Shown in pieces: positions 57,450 through 64,000 of a DNA stretch of 64,000 bases; position 1 is the stretch's first letter; every line of letters begins with the position of its first letter. The DNA lies in IMG/VR virus record IMGVR_UViG_3300025018_000141, positions 10,392 to 74,391 of that record; one strand, 5' to 3'. The translations under genes and the position numbers were made by a program. This DNA is from a virus (Duplodnaviria; Caudoviricetes). The notes beneath the pieces were generated by a model. That model did no database searches. It had not been told where the DNA came from and saw nothing but the letters and a program-made list of their open reading frames with translations.

Positions 57450-57579
57450 TTTTTAAGATGAGGGAGCTTGCTATCTATAGACGTATTCTATAGTGAAAAC
57501 ACAAGCACAGATCTCACCGCAACTGTCAGAAACCTTAGGGAGTCGCAGTTGCCCCTAGCGCGTTATTAATAATCTAACT

Positions 57580-58413
57580 ATGAATAAAATAAATGATGGA
57601 GCAACAATTTGGGCAAGACAGACAATAGACAGTGATATTTTTTACAAAAAACCTGATAAATGGTTCAAGATATGGTTTTATATCGTAAATAAAGTAAATC
57701 ATGGAGATAATAAGCAATTCAAGCGTGGACAAGGATTTTTTAAATATGAATGGATACAGGAAAAGACTGCTGCAACAAGTTCTGAGATAGATCACTGCAT
57801 AAGATGGCTAAAATCGGCGAAACAAATAGCGACACAAAAAGCGACACGTGGAATGATAATAACGGTACTTCAATACGATCTATATCAGAATTTTGATACA
57901 TATAAAAGCGACACAAAAAGCGACACCATCGGCGAAACAAAAGCGAAACAAAAGCGAAACAAAAGCGACACTATAAACAATAATGATAATAATGATAATA
58001 ACAATACAACCAAAAAAAATAAAAAAACTCCTGTCCTCCCCCTAGAACAGGAAAACAAGAACAGTTGTAGTTTATCGGACAATTGTGGTAACTGTTCTAA
58101 GTGTTCTCTCGTACCATGTACAGATCTACAGTTATGGGAAATTGCGAAAAAAGAAGATATCTGGATTCAAGATGTCAGGGATAAACATTCGGAAATTATG
58201 GATCTTATTGATTCTGGTGAATTTCAAAAAAGATACAAAAAACACAAAACAGTTTATCGAACATTACAGAGGTGGCTCAAAATGGGAATTTCGCGAGGAT
58301 ACATTCAAAAAATGAATGAATTTCAAAAAATGTGTATTGATGATGAACATCCAGAGAAAAAAAGAGCTCGTCGTCTATTAATTCAGTCAGCAAAAGAACA
58401 GGGGATATTATGA
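57580..58413 (+). CDS. Replication initiator (lambda O-like, winged HTH)
   Basis: WFKIWFYIVNKVNH..KRGQ..IATQKATRGMIITVLQYDLYQ; internal iterons; adjacent helicase. Confidence 0.75.
   Translation: MNKINDGATIWARQTIDSDIFYKKPDKWFKIWFYIVNKVNHGDNKQFKRGQGFFKYEWIQEKTAATSSEIDHCIRWLKSAKQIATQKATRGMIITVLQYDLYQNFDTYKSDTKSDTIGETKAKQKRNKSDTINNNDNNDNNNTTKKNKKTPVLPLEQENKNSCSLSDNCGNCSKCSLVPCTDLQLWEIAKKEDIWIQDVRDKHSEIMDLIDSGEFQKRYKKHKTVYRTLQRWLKMGISRGYIQKMNEFQKMCIDDEHPEKKRARRLLIQSAKEQGIL
57817..57971 (+). repeat. Iteron cluster, probable replication origin
   Basis: Nine copies of RGCGA(A/C)AC in groups of 3 and 6, followed by an AT-rich tract. Confidence 0.75.
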
Positions 58414-60164
58414 AAAAGCCAATAACAATTCTAGAGTGGGCAGAATTCTATCGTAGCAAGGGATTTAACGTTATTCCTTTGTATGATTTTTCAAAAGGTC
58501 CAACCAGAGTAGAGACTTGGAATAAGGATTTTGATTGGCTTCCTGGATGGGAACCACTTCAGTCTAGACACGCAACAGATAAAGAATTCAATCACTGGTT
58601 TAAAGAAAGCAAACCAACGGGAATTGCACTTATAACTGGAGAAATTAGCGGTGTGGTTGCGGTAGACGTCGATTCATACAAAGCTGGAGGAATGTCTTTC
58701 CACCTCAATAGCAAGCTCCGATCAAAAACAGCAAATGGAGGACGCCATCATTTTTTTAAATATTCTAAAGACGTTAAAACTTCTGGATTTAAGCAGGGTG
58801 TAAATATTGAGATAAAATCAGATGGGGGGATTATAGTGCTACCACCATCAAAAGTATTCAAAAAAGATTCAAAAGAAACAGGATCATATATTTGGGAAGA
58901 AACACAAAAACTAGACTTGCTTCCAACAATTAGCACAACAGACTTAGCGCCTTACTACAATAATAACAGTGATAAGAGAATAGTGGACGATCTTCATAAA
59001 TACTTAAACGCTCCGCTTGGAACTCAACACAACAATTTGCGCACGATCACAAATTCTATTTTAAATCGATTTCCAGAAAAGGAATGGGACATTGCCGTAT
59101 CATTCATTCGCGAAGCCGCAAGTAAATTTGATCCACCACATTCACCACATAGAGTGGACAAAATGATTCAAGATTGTATGAATTTCATAAAAAGCAATCC
59201 AAAAACTTCCCCGATAAAACATGGGTCACAAAAATCTTCAATAGAGCGTCGGCCAAGTGATCAGGGTGATGAAAAAAATAAGTATATTTCCCCAAAATCT
59301 TTACTAGATATTAAGAGGGAAAGAATGGACGAAAAAGAACTTGAAAAGATTGCCCCCAAAACAGGCTATCCAGACTTAGACGCGCTAATAAAAGGATTTA
59401 TTCCTGGGCATCTTTACACCATTACAGGAAATACAAATGTTGGAAAAACTAGTCTTGCTTGTAATTTTGCAATAAAAATAGCAGAACAAAAAAAGAGCGT
59501 ATTATATTTTGCGCTCGAGCCAGAAAATACTGTCATCGATTATCTTGCATCGGTTAAATCACAAAAAGAATTTTCTGACTTAATTGAAGAAGACTATGAT
59601 TTTGAGGGATACGATATTCAGGTTTATGGAAAAGAGGAAATATCAGAGCCAGACCACATGATAAGGGTTGTCAAGGAGACTAATAAACGCTATGATCTCA
59701 TCATTATTGACCATATTGGATATTTCATCAAAGACAAGGCAAATATATATCAAGACCAATCTGATGTTGTAAAGAAACTTGCAGGGCTTGCAAAACAAAA
59801 CCAAACAGCAATCATAATGATTGCACACTTAAGAAAGAGATCTAGTAATCAAAAAGCAAACTATGTTCCAACCGCGGATGATATTTCTGGTTCTGGAGCA
59901 TTTAAACAAGACTCAACAGAGGTAATCATAGTCACGCGCCCTCCAAAGGATAATAATCCTGAAACGTTTGAGCTTTCTCCTGAAGGATCAATATTTGTTG
60001 CTAAAACGAAGTGCGGACCGAATGGTAAGGTTCCTATTTTCTTTTCAGATCGTAAGGCAAAGATATTTTCTGAGAGAGAATTGAGCGAATCTTATAGACG
60101 AAAAAAATCATTATCTTTCAATAAATATTTAACACAAGTTGGATTTCCAGATAATAAAGATTGA
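58410..60164 (+). CDS. Bifunctional primase-polymerase + DnaB-like helicase
   Basis: GIALITG..VDVD, GGRHHFF, VLPPS; TGNTNVGKT, IIIDHI, IAHLRK, DISGSGAFKQD, VAKTKCGPNG. Confidence 0.9.
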   Translation: MKKPITILEWAEFYRSKGFNVIPLYDFSKGPTRVETWNKDFDWLPGWEPLQSRHATDKEFNHWFKESKPTGIALITGEISGVVAVDVDSYKAGGMSFHLNSKLRSKTANGGRHHFFKYSKDVKTSGFKQGVNIEIKSDGGIIVLPPSKVFKKDSKETGSYIWEETQKLDLLPTISTTDLAPYYNNNSDKRIVDDLHKYLNAPLGTQHNNLRTITNSILNRFPEKEWDIAVSFIREAASKFDPPHSPHRVDKMIQDCMNFIKSNPKTSPIKHGSQKSSIERRPSDQGDEKNKYISPKSLLDIKRERMDEKELEKIAPKTGYPDLDALIKGFIPGHLYTITGNTNVGKTSLACNFAIKIAEQKKSVLYFALEPENTVIDYLASVKSQKEFSDLIEEDYDFEGYDIQVYGKEEISEPDHMIRVVKETNKRYDLIIIDHIGYFIKDKANIYQDQSDVVKKLAGLAKQNQTAIIMIAHLRKRSSNQKANYVPTADDISGSGAFKQDSTEVIIVTRPPKDNNPETFELSPEGSIFVAKTKCGPNGKVPIFFSDRKAKIFSERELSESYRRKKSLSFNKYLTQVGFPDNKD

Positions 60165-60198
60165 CAAATATACATGAATTTGGTACTATAAATTTATA

Positions 60199-60497
60199 GG
60201 GGACGAATAGGCTCGACAAGTATCAGCTCTTTTAAATTTCAGGTCGTCGCAAGGACGTTAAACTTAAAAAGATAAATGCAAAATCTAATGCACTTACTCA
60301 AAGCGATGAGGAATTTATTTCCAAATATGCAATGAGTACGACTAACAAAATCTATCAGCATAATTTTATTAACTGATGGACGCACCTATACTTGAGTTGT
60401 CATGAGTATAGAAAAGAAAAAAGACAACAAAAACTTAAACCTGTTTAAAATTTAAAGAAAAAATATTTGGACGGTGGTTCGATACCACCCATCTCCA
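60199..60497 (+). ncRNA. ssrA: tmRNA
   Basis: 5' GGGGAC..CTCGAC; ATAAAT-GCA resume signal; 3' GGACGGTGGTTCGATACCACCCATCTCCA. Confidence 0.9.
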
Positions 60498-60544
60498 CAA
60501 CGTTCTTGACAAAAAGGAGTTAGTAAGATGGAATAAAACTATAA

Positions 60545-60619
60545 GGGCTTGTAGCGTAACGGTCATCGCGCCTCATTTGCAATGAGGAGATTTTGGAGGT
60601 TCGATTCCTCTCAGGTCCA
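60545..60619 (+). tRNA. tRNA-Ala(TGC)
   Basis: CCTCA-TTTGCAA-TGAGG; G3:U70. Confidence 0.9.
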
Positions 60620-60628
60620 CAAAGTAAA

Positions 60629-60705
60629 GGATTCGTAGCCAAACGGCTTAAGGCAGCAGACTTTTAATCTGTTTATTGGAGGTTCGATTCCTCTCGAGTC
60701 CACCA
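60629..60705 (+). tRNA. tRNA-Lys(TTT)
   Basis: GCAGA-CTTTTAA-TCTGT; encoded CCA. Confidence 0.9.
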
Positions 60706-60715
60706 ATCAATCAAT

Positions 60716-61045
60716 ATGAAACTAAATTTTAATAACATAATTAAATCTTTTTCTGGAAGTAGTAACGTTGTTATTTCCAACAACAGAATAATTGTGAATG
60801 GAAAAGAAATAATGGACAAAGCGGAAGGAATCGTAAAGATTGATGTAGAAGGAGATATCGTAAGTCTTGACGTTGCGGGAGACACAACAATAAATGGAAA
60901 CATTTTGAAGGATGCCAATATTGTTGGAGATTTAAAATGTAATGACATTGGTGGAGACATTTTAAGTTGTGTTGGAGACATAGACTGTGAAAATATTGGG
61001 GGAGATATTGAAAGCTGTGTTGGAAGCGTTTCAATGAAAAGATAA
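60716..61045 (+). CDS. Hypothetical protein with GDI repeats (beta-solenoid-like)
   Basis: Repeated V/I-G-D-I/L motifs. Confidence 0.6.
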   Translation: MKLNFNNIIKSFSGSSNVVISNNRIIVNGKEIMDKAEGIVKIDVEGDIVSLDVAGDTTINGNILKDANIVGDLKCNDIGGDILSCVGDIDCENIGGDIESCVGSVSMKR

Positions 61046-61118
61046 CATCTGTAGCTCAATTTGGAAGAGCGAGCGCCTTCGGAGCGCAAGATTGTAGGTT
61101 CGACCCCTATCAGATGTA
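61045..61118 (+). tRNA. tRNA-Arg(TCG)
   Basis: ACATCTG/CAGATGT acceptor; loop CTTCGGA. Confidence 0.85.
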
Positions 61119-61127
61119 CAGATTAAT

Positions 61128-61203
61128 TCCTTGTTAGTTTAAAAGGACAAAATGGAGGCTTGCGAAGCCTTTGATTCGTGTTCGAGTCACGAACGAGGAA
61201 CCA
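61128..61203 (+). tRNA. tRNA-Arg(GCG)
   Basis: GAGGC-TTGCGAA-GCCTT; encoded CCA. Confidence 0.8.
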
Positions 61204-61278
61204 GCCCGTCTAGCTCAGAGGCAGAGCACTCGGTTTACATCCGAGGTGTCGGGATTTCAAAATTCTCGATGGGCACCA
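61204..61278 (+). tRNA. tRNA-Val(TAC)
   Basis: CTCGG-TTTACAT-CCGAG; encoded CCA. Confidence 0.9.
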
Positions 61279-61299
61279 GAGTATTTCAAATAAATAATT

Positions 61300-61629
61300 A
61301 TGAGTAGATACTTAAACAAAGTTATTCTGATTGGGAATGTTACCGACGACATTGAAGTAGAAAATGTAAGCGATGAGGATAAAATTTGTCGTTTTTTTGT
61401 TGCAACAAATAGAAGTTGGACATCAAAGGACGGAACAAAGTCGGAAGATACAGAATATCATAAAATAATTGCATGGAACAAGTTAGCAATAGCGTGTGGC
61501 CAGTTTTTAAATAAGGGATCAAAAATATATGTTGAGGGAAGGCTCTCTACATATAAGTACCTTGACAAAGAGGGGAATCCACAGACTTCGGTGGAAATTA
61601 TAGTAAACGATTTTATATCGTTAGATTAA
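61300..61629 (+). CDS. ssb: Single-stranded DNA-binding protein (no acidic tail)
   Basis: LNKVILIGNV, VATNRSW, TEYHKIIAW, KGSKIYVEGRL. Confidence 0.92.
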   Translation: MSRYLNKVILIGNVTDDIEVENVSDEDKICRFFVATNRSWTSKDGTKSEDTEYHKIIAWNKLAIACGQFLNKGSKIYVEGRLSTYKYLDKEGNPQTSVEIIVNDFISLD

Positions 61630-61630
61630 A

Positions 61631-61704
61631 GTCAATTTAGCCAAGGTGGTTCAAGGCGGGGGTCTGAAAAATCCCAAATGTTTGTTCGACTCAAACAATT
61701 GACA
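61631..61704 (+). tRNA. tRNA-Phe(GAA)
   Basis: GGGGT-CTGAAAA-ATCCC. Confidence 0.85.
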
Positions 61705-61706
61705 CA

Positions 61707-61862
61707 TTTAGGGTGGCTGAACAATCTCCCTGCAAGGGAGATAAGGCACATCTGACGGCTAAAATGCCTAGGAGATGGTTGTTGTGAAAATCTTGATAAC
61801 AAATTACTTGCACGCAACTTGTAGGGATTTACCCGCGGTAAAAATTTATCCCTGCCCCTAAA
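61707..61862 (+). ncRNA. Unassigned structured RNA in tRNA cluster
   Basis: Ends pair (TTTAGGG/CCCTAAA); internal hairpins ATCTCCC-TGCAA-GGGAGAT, TTGTT/AACAA, GGGAT/ATCCC. Confidence 0.5.
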
Positions 61863-61867
61863 TACTA

Positions 61868-61944
61868 CCCAATGTAGCCAAGTGGCCTAAGGCATCCGCC
61901 TGTAAAGCGGACATTCGTGAGTTCGAATCTCACCTGCGGGACCA
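61868..61944 (+). tRNA. tRNA-Tyr(GTA), C1:G72, short variable loop, mismatched acceptor
   Basis: TCCGC-CTGTAAA-GCGGA; acceptor CCCAATG/CTGCGGG; A73-CCA. Confidence 0.75.
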
Positions 61945-62033
61945 ATGAGAGTGGCGGAACTGGCAGACGCGCAACGTTGAGAGCGTTGTGTCCTTAATCG
62001 GATTTAAGAGTTCAAATCTCTTTTCTCATACCA
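61945..62033 (+). tRNA. tRNA-Leu(GAG)
   Basis: CAACG-TTGAGAG-CGTTG; long variable arm; encoded CCA. Confidence 0.88.
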
Positions 62034-62114
62034 GCCTCTATGCTGAAACAGGTAAACAGGCTCGTTTCAAAAACGAGTGAGAAATCATTCTAGGTTCAAT
62101 TCCTAGTGGAGGCA
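62034..62114 (+). tRNA. tRNA-Leu(CAA)
   Basis: CTCGT-TTCAAAA-ACGAG; variable arm. Confidence 0.85.
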
Positions 62115-62124
62115 CTTTAAATTA

Positions 62125-62200
62125 GCCCGATTGGTCAAAATGGAAAAGGCGCTCGGTTTAGACCCGAGAGATTTTATAGGTTCGAGTCCTATATTGGGCA
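62125..62200 (+). tRNA. tRNA-Leu(TAG), short variable region
   Basis: CTCGG-TTTAGAC-CCGAG. Confidence 0.8.
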
Positions 62201-62206
62201 CTTTAA

Positions 62207-62283
62207 GCTCGTATGGCGCAATCGGCAGACGCGCAGGTCTTAAAAACCTGTTGTTATTGGTTCGACCCCAATTATGAGCACCA
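62207..62283 (+). tRNA. tRNA-Leu(TAA), short variable region
   Basis: CAGGT-CTTAAAA-ACCTG; encoded CCA. Confidence 0.8.
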
Positions 62284-62285
62284 TA

Positions 62286-62357
62286 GCCCTAGGAGAAAGT
62301 AGGCAAATTCGCCGCCCTTTCACGGCGGAGGACAGGGATCGTTACCCTGTTAGGGCA
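62286..62357 (+). tRNA. tRNA-Glu(TTC)
   Basis: CCGCC-CTTTCAC-GGCGG. Confidence 0.85.
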
Positions 62358-62366
62358 CATTTTACT

Positions 62367-62455
62367 GTTTTACTTGTAGTCCATTTAACTAATAGGCCCA
62401 AGAGTTTAAAAACTATATGGAGCAACGGTTGGTTCGCCTGCCCGCCGAGTAAAAT
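62367..62455 (+). ncRNA. Degenerate tRNA-like element
   Basis: GTTTTACT/AGTAAAAT terminal stem and GGTTCG T-loop-like motif, but no clean anticodon arm. Confidence 0.35.
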
Positions 62456-62458
62456 ACT

Positions 62459-62534
62459 GGTGGGCGTAGCTCAGAGGCAGAGCACTCGGTTGTGAGCCGA
62501 GACGTCGGGATTTCAAAATTCCTCGTTCACCCCA
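62459..62534 (+). tRNA. tRNA-His(GTG)
   Basis: G-1, C73; CTCGG-TTGTGAG-CCGAG; encoded CCA. Confidence 0.9.
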
Positions 62535-62606
62535 GTTCTTATAGTCTAATGGTTAAGACGGTAGATTCTCATTCTATCAATATCGGTTCAATTCCGATTA
62601 AGAACA
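62535..62606 (+). tRNA. tRNA-Glu(CTC)
   Basis: GTAGA-TTCTCAT-TCTAT. Confidence 0.8.
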
Positions 62607-62610
62607 CAAA

Positions 62611-62684
62611 GCCCCTATAGTTTAGATGGACAAAATAATTCTCTTCTAAAGAATAGATCGGTAGTTCAACTCTACCTGGGGGTA
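62611..62684 (+). tRNA. tRNA-Arg(TCT)
   Basis: ATTCT-CTTCTAA-AGAAT. Confidence 0.85.
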
Positions 62685-62693
62685 CTTGAACTG

Positions 62694-62816
62694 TTGGTGC
62701 AGTCTAATCGCTGATAGATTATTAAATGCCTTAGAGAGGTGAAGACGACACAGGTCGAGGTTACGCGGGACAGCAATGGGCCTCTGTGTAAAGCGTGCTG
62801 TCGAATAACCAGCCAA
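62694..62816 (+). ncRNA. Unassigned pseudoknotted RNA in tRNA cluster
   Basis: Stems TTGGTG/CAGCCAA, AGTCTA/TAGATT, GGTTA/TAACC, GACAGCA/TGCTGTC; loop-loop ACACAG/CTGTGT. Confidence 0.5.
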
Positions 62817-62827
62817 TCCAATAAAAA

Positions 62828-62904
62828 TCGGAGGTAGGAGACATTGGCAAATCCGCCTGTCTTTGAAACAGGACTTTTTGGAGGTTCGATTCCTCCCTTC
62901 CGAA
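62828..62904 (+). tRNA. tRNA-Gln(TTG)
   Basis: CCTGT-CTTTGAA-ACAGG. Confidence 0.85.
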
Positions 62905-62917
62905 CAACATGGTATAA

Positions 62918-62991
62918 TTCGAGATAGTTTAGAGGCAGAACGACAGACTCTGAATCTGTATACGGTGGTTCAACTCCATCTCTCGAAGCCA
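62918..62991 (+). tRNA. tRNA-Gln(CTG)
   Basis: ACAGA-CTCTGAA-TCTGT; encoded CCA. Confidence 0.88.
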
Positions 62992-63064
62992 GCAGGCGTA
63001 GCTTAGTGGCAAAAGCAACATCTTGTCAAGATGAAGACCGTGGGTTCGAATCCCATCGCTCGCG
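62992..63064 (+). tRNA. tRNA-Asp(GTC)
   Basis: CATC-TTGTCAA-GATG; G73. Confidence 0.85.
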
Positions 63065-63070
63065 CATGTA

Positions 63071-63143
63071 GGATCCGTAGCTCAACGGTCAGAGCACCTC
63101 CCTCTTAAGGAGTTGGTTGAAGGTTCGATTCCTTTTGGGTCCA
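63071..63143 (+). tRNA. tRNA-Lys(CTT)
   Basis: CTCC-CTCTTAA-GGAG. Confidence 0.85.
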
Positions 63144-63156
63144 CAATAATAAAGAT

Positions 63157-63348
63157 ATGGAAAAATATAATCAATACACAATACAAAACGACGCGACTAT
63201 AAAAATGGTTTGGCTTAAGGCTGGACTGGCGAGTATCGGGAAAACAATAACTATTCCTGATTCTGACGATCCAAAACGTATATGGCGAGTAATAGAAATT
63301 TATGAAGCAGAAATTGAAAAATCTGATATAAATAACTTTTATAAGTAA
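63157..63348 (+). CDS. Small hypothetical protein
   Basis: ORF track; follows the tRNA cluster. Confidence 0.5.
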   Translation: MEKYNQYTIQNDATIKMVWLKAGLASIGKTITIPDSDDPKRIWRVIEIYEAEIEKSDINNFYK

Positions 63349-63362
63349 AAATGACTAAAAAA

Positions 63363-64000
63363 ATGACCGAAACATACGCGATTGGCGACTTACACGGTCA
63401 CTTTGACCAATTTCTTCTTTTATATGACCAACTACTTAATGACGGACTAGACCCTGAAAAAGACACTCTGATATTTTTAGGAGATATTGTCGATGGTGGC
63501 CCACAAACAAAACAGGTAATTGATTGGCTCATGGACTACGAAAAGAAATACCCTCAAACGATCATATTAACTGGAAACCATGAACAATTAATGCTTGACG
63601 CTCTTATATTCAATGGAAAAGTCTATGGATCATATGATTTGTGGTATCAGCAGGGAGGAAAACAGACGTGCGAAAGTTATTATCCGAAAACATTATCTCG
63701 TTATGAACGGGCGGTCAGTAATCCAAAAGACCATATTCCACCAGAGCATTTTGATTGGTTAATTGAAAGACCGTTTTATTATGAAATAGATAAATATTTT
63801 TTTGTACACGCTGGTATTCCAAATCATACAAGCCTAAAAGAGTTTAAAGAAGCGATAGACAATAATGATCTAGATATGAAGCAGTCTTCAATTTGGATCC
63901 GAGATGAGTTTTTACAAAGTGTAAAGGATTGGGGTAAGAAGATAATTTTTGGCCACACAGTTTATCCATATCGAAGCTATCTAGGAACTGATCCAAATAC
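63363..64000 (+). CDS. Calcineurin-like metallophosphoesterase (Ser/Thr phosphatase family), partial at window end
   Basis: Manual translation: YAIGDLHG, FLGDIVDGG, GNHE, FVHAG. Confidence 0.9.
   Translation, partial: MTETYAIGDLHGHFDQFLLLYDQLLNDGLDPEKDTLIFLGDIVDGGPQTKQVIDWLMDYEKKYPQTIILTGNHEQLMLDALIFNGKVYGSYDLWYQQGGKQTCESYYPKTLSRYERAVSNPKDHIPPEHFDWLIERPFYYEIDKYFFVHAGIPNHTSLKEFKEAIDNNDLDMKQSSIWIRDEFLQSVKDWGKKIIFGHTVYPYRSYLGTDPN

Noticed and set aside
57480-57565. Hairpins upstream of the replication initiator (GCAACTG/CAGTTGC)
   Set aside because: A single short stem with no second copy or antisense promoter identified; too weak to call.
61707-61862. RNase P RNA or a known riboswitch
   Set aside because: It lacks the GAGGAAAGTCC / AACAGAA..GGCTTA P4 signatures and the recognisable riboswitch cores I could recall.
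61632-62495. ORFs 61632..61817 (-) and 62274..62495 (+)
   Set aside because: They overlap tRNA and structured-RNA genes and have no protein motifs.
62694-62816. HDV-like (theta) or hammerhead ribozyme assignment
   Set aside because: Only 5 nt lie between the GGTTA and GACAGCA helices, leaving no room for HDV P3/P1; there is no intact CTGANGA...GAAA hammerhead core.
1-64000. CRISPR array, retron or diversity-generating retroelement
   Set aside because: I saw no regularly spaced direct repeats with spacers and no reverse-transcriptase motifs in any ORF.
1-64000. Alternative genetic code (stop-codon reassignment)
   Set aside because: Long genes are intact under code 11, and I found no tRNA with a CTA, TTA or TCA anticodon.

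Overview
AT-rich 64-kb segment of a large tailed-phage genome with podovirus-like structural genes. tRNA identity features hint at a CPR/Patescibacteria host (inference). From left to right: (1) 0.1-18.4 kb, a glycan-biosynthesis island with about 12 glycosyltransferases (the first a GT2-TPR-GT4 fusion carrying an intein), 5 SAM methyltransferases, an NDP-sugar epimerase, a DegT-type aminotransferase and interspersed HNH genes. (2) 19-37.4 kb, tail/adaptor genes, lysis genes, small minus-strand accessory genes and large internal virion proteins. (3) 37.4-42 kb, 7 tRNAs, then RecA, an HD hydrolase and resolvases. (4) 42-57 kb, a minus-strand block that appears to hold two interleaved ubiquitin-like conjugation sets (2 Ubl, 2 E1/ThiF, 2 JAB, 1 clear E2-like protein and 1 candidate). 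The same block has a MoxR-vWA pair, a TROVE-like vWA protein, two related tRNA-shaped ncRNAs whose anticodon arm is replaced by a shared insert, and a class II RNR. (5) 57.5-64 kb, a replication initiator with iterons, a primase-helicase, a tmRNA with an atypical tag, 18 more tRNAs with unassigned structured RNAs among them, SSB and a partial metallophosphoesterase. All protein family calls come from motif recognition by eye; no database searches were run.
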